Source of the DNA: a virus
Taxonomy: Duplodnaviria > Heunggongvirae > Uroviricota > Caudoviricetes
DNA length: 19,693 nt
Strand: one strand, 5' to 3'
IMG/VR virus record: IMGVR_UViG_2654587571_000007
Part shown: in pieces, positions 15,427-19,693 of the stretch
Numbering within the stretch: position 1 is the stretch's first letter
Layout: every line of letters begins with the position of its first letter
Notes under the pieces: model-generated
Seen by the model: the letters and a program-made list of their open reading frames with translations, nothing else
Database searches by the model: none
Told to the model about the DNA's origin: nothing
Made by a program: the position numbers and the translations under genes

Positions 15427-16932
15427 TCATGGCATAGCCATGAGCATTTTCACGTCCGCATCACCGTCTGCTGACGTCTGTGGCACGCCACCCTGTACCG
15501 CTGCCGGTGAATGGTTCGCCATGATGCGTTCAAACAGGGCGGTTGTGGATGCAGAGACCGGTTCTGCCTTACCTGATCCCGCAGCCAGCACAGCCCGGGC
15601 GCTCTCCACAGTTATTCCCGGGCAGGCAGCCAGCTGTTCAGCCTGCGCCTCAGCCCCTTTTGCCTCATCCAGTGCCATGATCTGATCACGGAGTGAGGGT
15701 CCGGCATCCGCCTGCGGTGAAGCAGCCAGGATCGGGCGGGCTTTTTCCACCGTCATCTCCGGCATCGCCGCCAGCGTTGCCGCCAGTTGTTCACGACCTT
15801 TCGCTTCTTCACACGCCATAATGCGATCGGCTTCACTCTGCGCGGATGCCACCGGCTGCTGTGGTGCCGCCGCGGCCAGAATCGCCCGGGCCTGTTCAAC
15901 GCTCATGCCCTGTTGTCCTGCCAGCATCGTGGCAAGCTGTTCACGTCCTTTCGCTTCCTGGCATGTCAGGATCCCCATCACTCGCTGGTTCTCCTGCGCG
16001 GCGGCTTCCGTTGCAGTTAATTGCGGCATAGTGCCTCCTCTGACATTACTGTTCAGCGCCGTGGCCATCACACTGATGGCATCCGACGCATTGATTAATT
16101 CATCCGCCAGCCCGGCCTCAATGCCGGACTGACCTTCAAAAACGGCGGCCTCTGTTCCCGTGACAGCATCAACAGACAGACCGGTATACATCGCTACTTT
16201 TTCAGCAAACATCCGGCGCGCCGCATCAATGCGCTGTTGCATGTCCTGGCGAACCTCTGCCGGCAACGCTTCAAACTGATTGCCATCCACCTTGTGCGCC
16301 CCTGAGTAAATCAGCGTGATATCAACACCGGCCTGCGCCAGATGACCGGCATAGCTGACATGGCTCATCATCACGCCAATGGAGCCGATACGGGATGTCT
16401 GGGTAACCAGCCGTCGGGAGCAGGCCGACGCCAGCAGCATGGCTGCAGAGCAGGCCGTGTCATTGCACAGTGCCCAGACCGGCTTCTGCTGACGGAGGCG
16501 GTAAATCATGTCAGCGCAGTCAAACGCGCCGGCGGCCTGCCCGCCCGGACTGTCAATGTCCAGCAGTACGCCCCGCACCTGGCTATCCGCCATTGCCTGC
16601 TGAAGACAGGCGACAATGCCGTCATAGCCTGTCATTCCGGAAAATGGCCGCATACCCCCCAGCCGGTGCACCAGCGTGCCGGTCACCGGCAGTACAGCAA
16701 TACCGTTCACCACCCGGTAAACACGGGCCGGTCGTTTACCTCCGGCCATGTACTCGTCCGTTTCAGCCAGCATTCCGGGAGCATCAAACTGTACCTGCTG
16801 TTGTGGTACCGAAAGACTTGATGCCCCCATCTCGCGCCCGAGCGCGCAAAAGAAAACCCGCGCATAGGCGGGCTCCAGAAGCAGCGGTTCATTGAATGCT
16901 GCGGCAATAATGTGTGAAAGATTACGTCTCAC
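15427..16932 (-). CDS. C: Capsid assembly protease C (S49-like) with C-terminal scaffold (Nu3-equivalent) region carrying an amplified repeat
   Basis: 501-aa ORF (lambda gpC 439 aa as I recall). N-terminal half ...AFNEPLLLEPAYARVFFCAL..., ...LLDIDSPGG..., ...KVDGNQFEALPAEVRQDMQQRIDAARRMFAEKVAMYTGLS... matches the lambda C protease domain. C-terminal third holds three to four tandem copies of an EEAKGREQLA...ARAILAA-type module. Overlaps the B stop by 11 nt. Confidence 0.9.
   Translation of the reverse strand: MRRNLSHIIAAAFNEPLLLEPAYARVFFCALGREMGASSLSVPQQQVQFDAPGMLAETDEYMAGGKRPARVYRVVNGIAVLPVTGTLVHRLGGMRPFSGMTGYDGIVACLQQAMADSQVRGVLLDIDSPGGQAAGAFDCADMIYRLRQQKPVWALCNDTACSAAMLLASACSRRLVTQTSRIGSIGVMMSHVSYAGHLAQAGVDITLIYSGAHKVDGNQFEALPAEVRQDMQQRIDAARRMFAEKVAMYTGLSVDAVTGTEAAVFEGQSGIEAGLADELINASDAISVMATALNSNVRGGTMPQLTATEAAAQENQRVMGILTCQEAKGREQLATMLAGQQGMSVEQARAILAAAAPQQPVASAQSEADRIMACEEAKGREQLAATLAAMPEMTVEKARPILAASPQADAGPSLRDQIMALDEAKGAEAQAEQLAACPGITVESARAVLAAGSGKAEPVSASTTALFERIMANHSPAAVQGGVPQTSADGDADVKMLMAMP
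15514..15984 (-). repeat. Tandem in-frame coding repeats (~150 bp, ~50 aa unit, about 3.3 copies) in the scaffold part of C
   Basis: Protein-level periodicity: RVMGILTCQEAKGREQLATMLAGQQGMSVEQARAILAAA (from residue 317), RIMACEEAKGREQLAATLAAMPEMTVEKARPILAAS (370), QIMALDEAKGAEAQAEQLAACPGITVESARAVLAAG (417), ERIMAN (469). Matching imperfect DNA repeats are visible by eye. Confidence 0.7.
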
Positions 16933-18514
16933 GTGGTGTTGTCTCCTCTTCCGGCCTGCGACTCTCCGCTATCTGCTGCTCATACGCCTGCGCTATCCAC
17001 ACCGGACGTGAGAGTCCGGCTTTTTGTCGCTCAGCAGATTCCCTGACCTGCTGGCGGAAAATGTCCTGATAATCCTCGCCCATCAGCGCCAGCTCTTTCT
17101 CATACGTGCTCAGTCCGGCCTCAATGCGCATCACTGATTCCTGGACTTCCTTGAGCCCGTCAATGGCCATTCTTCCGGCTCCAATCCACTCAGCCCGTGA
17201 CCAGGCTGATCGCGCCTGATAAAAATCAAAACGCGCCCGTGGCGGACGAATAATCCCCCGAAGAAGTGCCTCTTCCAGCCAGCAGGAAAACATCTGCGTG
17301 GCCAGCCGGGACGCAATAAATTTTCGTCGTCCCATAAAATAGCGCCACGACTCATTGGCGGAGGCGCGGGCACTTGAATAACTGACCTTCGAGTAATCCC
17401 GGGACAACTGTTCGTAGGAAACGCCAAGACCGGCGGCGATATACCGCAGCAGCGCCTGTTCAAGCGCCGAAAATCCATTGTCTGAATCCTGCGCAGTCTG
17501 CAGTTTCAGATCATCACCGGGGAAAAGGTGCGGAATTTTGACACCGCCCAGCGTCACGTTATTCGTGTCATACCAGGTGGAGAACTTATCCAGAATATTA
17601 ATAAGCGGATTATCCTTCTGCCCCTGCGGCGCACCGGCGATATATTCAAAGGCCTTTTCGGTATCAAGTTCACTTTCAATCGTCGCTGCATACATGGCTT
17701 TCACAATGGCCGACTGAAGCTGTGTTGCCTGCAGGGAATCCAGCATCTTCAGCCGTTCCATGACGCTGTAAAACTGATTAGCCCCACGGGTCTGCCCGTC
17801 CTCCACCGGCTCGAAAATATGCAGCATGGCCGGACGCCCGGTGGGTAGTTCACGCGGGATCCGTTCCCATCGTCCACTACCAGAGAACGGAAAATCATCC
17901 TCACAGATATGGTACGCAACGGCACGGCCATATCGATCGACCTCCACCCCGGCCCGCAGAAAACGGTTCCCCATACCGTGTCCTGGCGTGTCCACCCGTT
18001 TCGGACTCACGGCTTTAAAACGCGTACGAAACAGTTGCGTGCTCTCCGTATCCCAGACCGGCTGCACAAAGATTTCGCCGTTAAACGCATGAACGCCCAC
18101 ACCTTCACGAATAAATTCCGTAAACGTGCGTTTCTCTTCCACGTCGATCTCGCCAGACATCCCTTCGGCGTATTCCGACCAGGCCGCCTCCACCTCATCG
18201 ACAAAACTTTTTGCCGCAGTCTCCCGCATCCCCAGCCAGCGCCAGTTCGGACGGTAGCTGATCAGAAACATATGCCCGACAATATGATCCTTATGCAGGG
18301 CCACCGCATTGGCCGCTATCCCGTTATTGCGCACCAGATCATCTGCCCGGGCATTCCCCAGACGCAACGCAGGCAGCAGGGCTGCATCGGCACTCTGCGC
18401 CGGTGGCAACCACTCCGCCATTTGCCCGCCAAATCCTGCGCCGCCCCCGTTGTAGCTGAGACTCTCACGAAGCGGAACGCCGTTCACATCAATCAGGACA
18501 GGCGTTCGTTTCAT
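16922..18514 (-). CDS. B: Portal protein B
   Basis: 530-aa ORF (lambda gpB 533 aa); MKRTPVLIDVNGVPLRESLSYNGGGAGFGGQMAEWLPPAQSADAALLP... matches lambda gpB from memory; overlaps the W stop by 4 nt. Confidence 0.95.
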   Translation of the reverse strand: MKRTPVLIDVNGVPLRESLSYNGGGAGFGGQMAEWLPPAQSADAALLPALRLGNARADDLVRNNGIAANAVALHKDHIVGHMFLISYRPNWRWLGMRETAAKSFVDEVEAAWSEYAEGMSGEIDVEEKRTFTEFIREGVGVHAFNGEIFVQPVWDTESTQLFRTRFKAVSPKRVDTPGHGMGNRFLRAGVEVDRYGRAVAYHICEDDFPFSGSGRWERIPRELPTGRPAMLHIFEPVEDGQTRGANQFYSVMERLKMLDSLQATQLQSAIVKAMYAATIESELDTEKAFEYIAGAPQGQKDNPLINILDKFSTWYDTNNVTLGGVKIPHLFPGDDLKLQTAQDSDNGFSALEQALLRYIAAGLGVSYEQLSRDYSKVSYSSARASANESWRYFMGRRKFIASRLATQMFSCWLEEALLRGIIRPPRARFDFYQARSAWSRAEWIGAGRMAIDGLKEVQESVMRIEAGLSTYEKELALMGEDYQDIFRQQVRESAERQKAGLSRPVWIAQAYEQQIAESRRPEEETTPRET

Positions 18515-18717
18515 AACCTCACTCCCAGCGGACGACGGCGACGTCGGGTTGTCCCCAGTACCGACTCCGCATCATTGATCGCCCGGTTAAGCTCATCCAG
18601 AGAAGCCGCCGTATATTCAATTCTGCGACCATCTTTCTGGACAGACACCACCCGTTTACCGGTTAATAAATCAAGGCGCGCCTGACGTAGCGCCTGTAGT
18701 TCAGCGACTGTAACCAT
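18511..18717 (-). CDS. W: Head completion / head-tail joining protein W
   Basis: 68-aa ORF, same length as lambda gpW; MVTVAELQALRQARLDLLTGKRVVSVQKDGRRIEYTAASLDELNRAINDAE... matches from memory. Confidence 0.9.
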   Translation of the reverse strand: MVTVAELQALRQARLDLLTGKRVVSVQKDGRRIEYTAASLDELNRAINDAESVLGTTRRRRRPLGVRL

Positions 18718-19598
18718 TCACTCCTCCGGACAGCTTCGCTGCCAGTTCTTTCAGGGTTGGCCGGGTCGTCTCTTCTTCCCGGGATTTTGCCAGTACAGCC
18801 AGATCAAGCTGCCAGCGTTGCACGGACACACGTAATGCCGCGTAGGCATACACCAGGCAGTCCAGCGCTTCGTTACGCCGCTTTTTGTTATCCCACAGCA
18901 GACGCATCTTTCCTTTTTCCCACTTCTCCACAAGCTCTTCCGCGACCAGTTGCTGCGCCTCTGTCTGCGAAAAAATCTCCGGATCATCAGGAAAACGGAT
19001 GGCATACGACGTGGCTTCATCCGCAGGAGTGGGATCGGCTTTCATACGGGCATAGAGAATTTCTTTTGCGGTGTCCGTCCCCACTTCACACAGATACACG
19101 CCCCGCTGATTGCGGGTTTTCGGCATGGTGATCACCGGCTTGCCATAGACAGATGCGCCTTTTACCGGCAGCACCCGGAAAACACCGTGTTTTTTTGACC
19201 TCTGATAGACAATTTCACCATCGATCCCCCCGGTGTCCCAGCAGACACGGGAAATGGTCATTTCGGTTCCGTCTGCATGGCAGTATTTTTTGTTGATCGC
19301 CGCATCCACACGTAACAGCGTCTCTTCCTCATCGGGACGGCCCATAATGATGATTTTATCCACCAGAAAGGCTTCCTCTCCCTGTGCCCATCCCCAGACA
19401 TACATCTCAAAACGGTTTCGCTGCGAGTCAATGCCCGCCGTCAGATAAACCACCCGAGCAGGCACCGCCGCCGTGTAACGCACCACCTTATCCATCAGTA
19501 CCTGGTGATCGAGTTTTTCGCCCACGGCCTCTTCCCAGGTCTCGCCCAGCGTGGTGTTCACAAAGGTTTTCAGGCCGTTGGGATCTTTCAGTGCATCC

Positions 19599-19600
<2 letters not shown>
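18701..19600 (-). pseudogene. A: Terminase large subunit A, C-terminal ~300 codons only; 5' part of the gene absent or interrupted
   Basis: Track ORF 18701..19561; homology to lambda gpA extends upstream in frame to ~19600 (...QDALKDPNGLKTFVNTTLGETWE... versus lambda ...KTFVNTTLGETWE...). An in-frame TGA lies at 19609-19607, and upstream of it no frame resembles the N-terminal two-thirds of gpA. Confidence 0.75.

Positions 19601-19693
<93 letters not shown>

Noticed and set aside
15440-16132. Repetitive plus-strand ORFs and DNA periodicity that could suggest a CRISPR-like or VNTR array
   Set aside because: The periodicity is imperfect (~150-bp units), lies in frame within C and translates to a repeated scaffold motif; there are no short direct repeats with unique spacers.
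16342-16907. Plus-strand ORFs (159, 141 aa) and minus-strand 66-aa ORF inside the C/B junction region
   Set aside because: Overlap the protease domain of C and the 3' end of B in other frames or strands; no support.

Overview
This window is almost entirely the late (virion morphogenesis) module of a lambda-like siphovirus prophage in an enterobacterial (E. coli/Shigella-type) genome, encoded on the minus strand and collinear with phage lambda. Reading the minus strand from high to low coordinates, the order is: A (terminase large subunit, 3' fragment only) - W - B (portal) - C/Nu3 (protease/scaffold) - D - E (major capsid) - FI - FII - Z - U - V - G and G-T (with the lambda GGGAAAG -1 frameshift site) - H (tape measure) - M - L - K - I - [sodC cassette, plus strand] - J - lom - stf (N-terminal part, runs off the window start). 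I did not find a convincing new multi-gene system such as a defence island, toxin-antitoxin pair, CRISPR array or retroelement. The points most worth a second look are: (1) a periplasmic Cu,Zn superoxide dismutase moron inserted antisense between I and J with its own terminator; (2) an apparent IS3-family inverted-repeat terminus that cuts the terminase gene A at about 19600, so the prophage is probably packaging-defective although every downstream structural ORF is intact; (3) a roughly threefold tandem amplification of a ~50-aa module in the scaffold (Nu3-equivalent) part of C; (4) lom bracketed by minus-strand terminators; (5) several mRNA structure elements inside the late operon. All homology statements rest on my recollection of phage lambda proteins and on motifs visible in the translations; no database search or computation was run.
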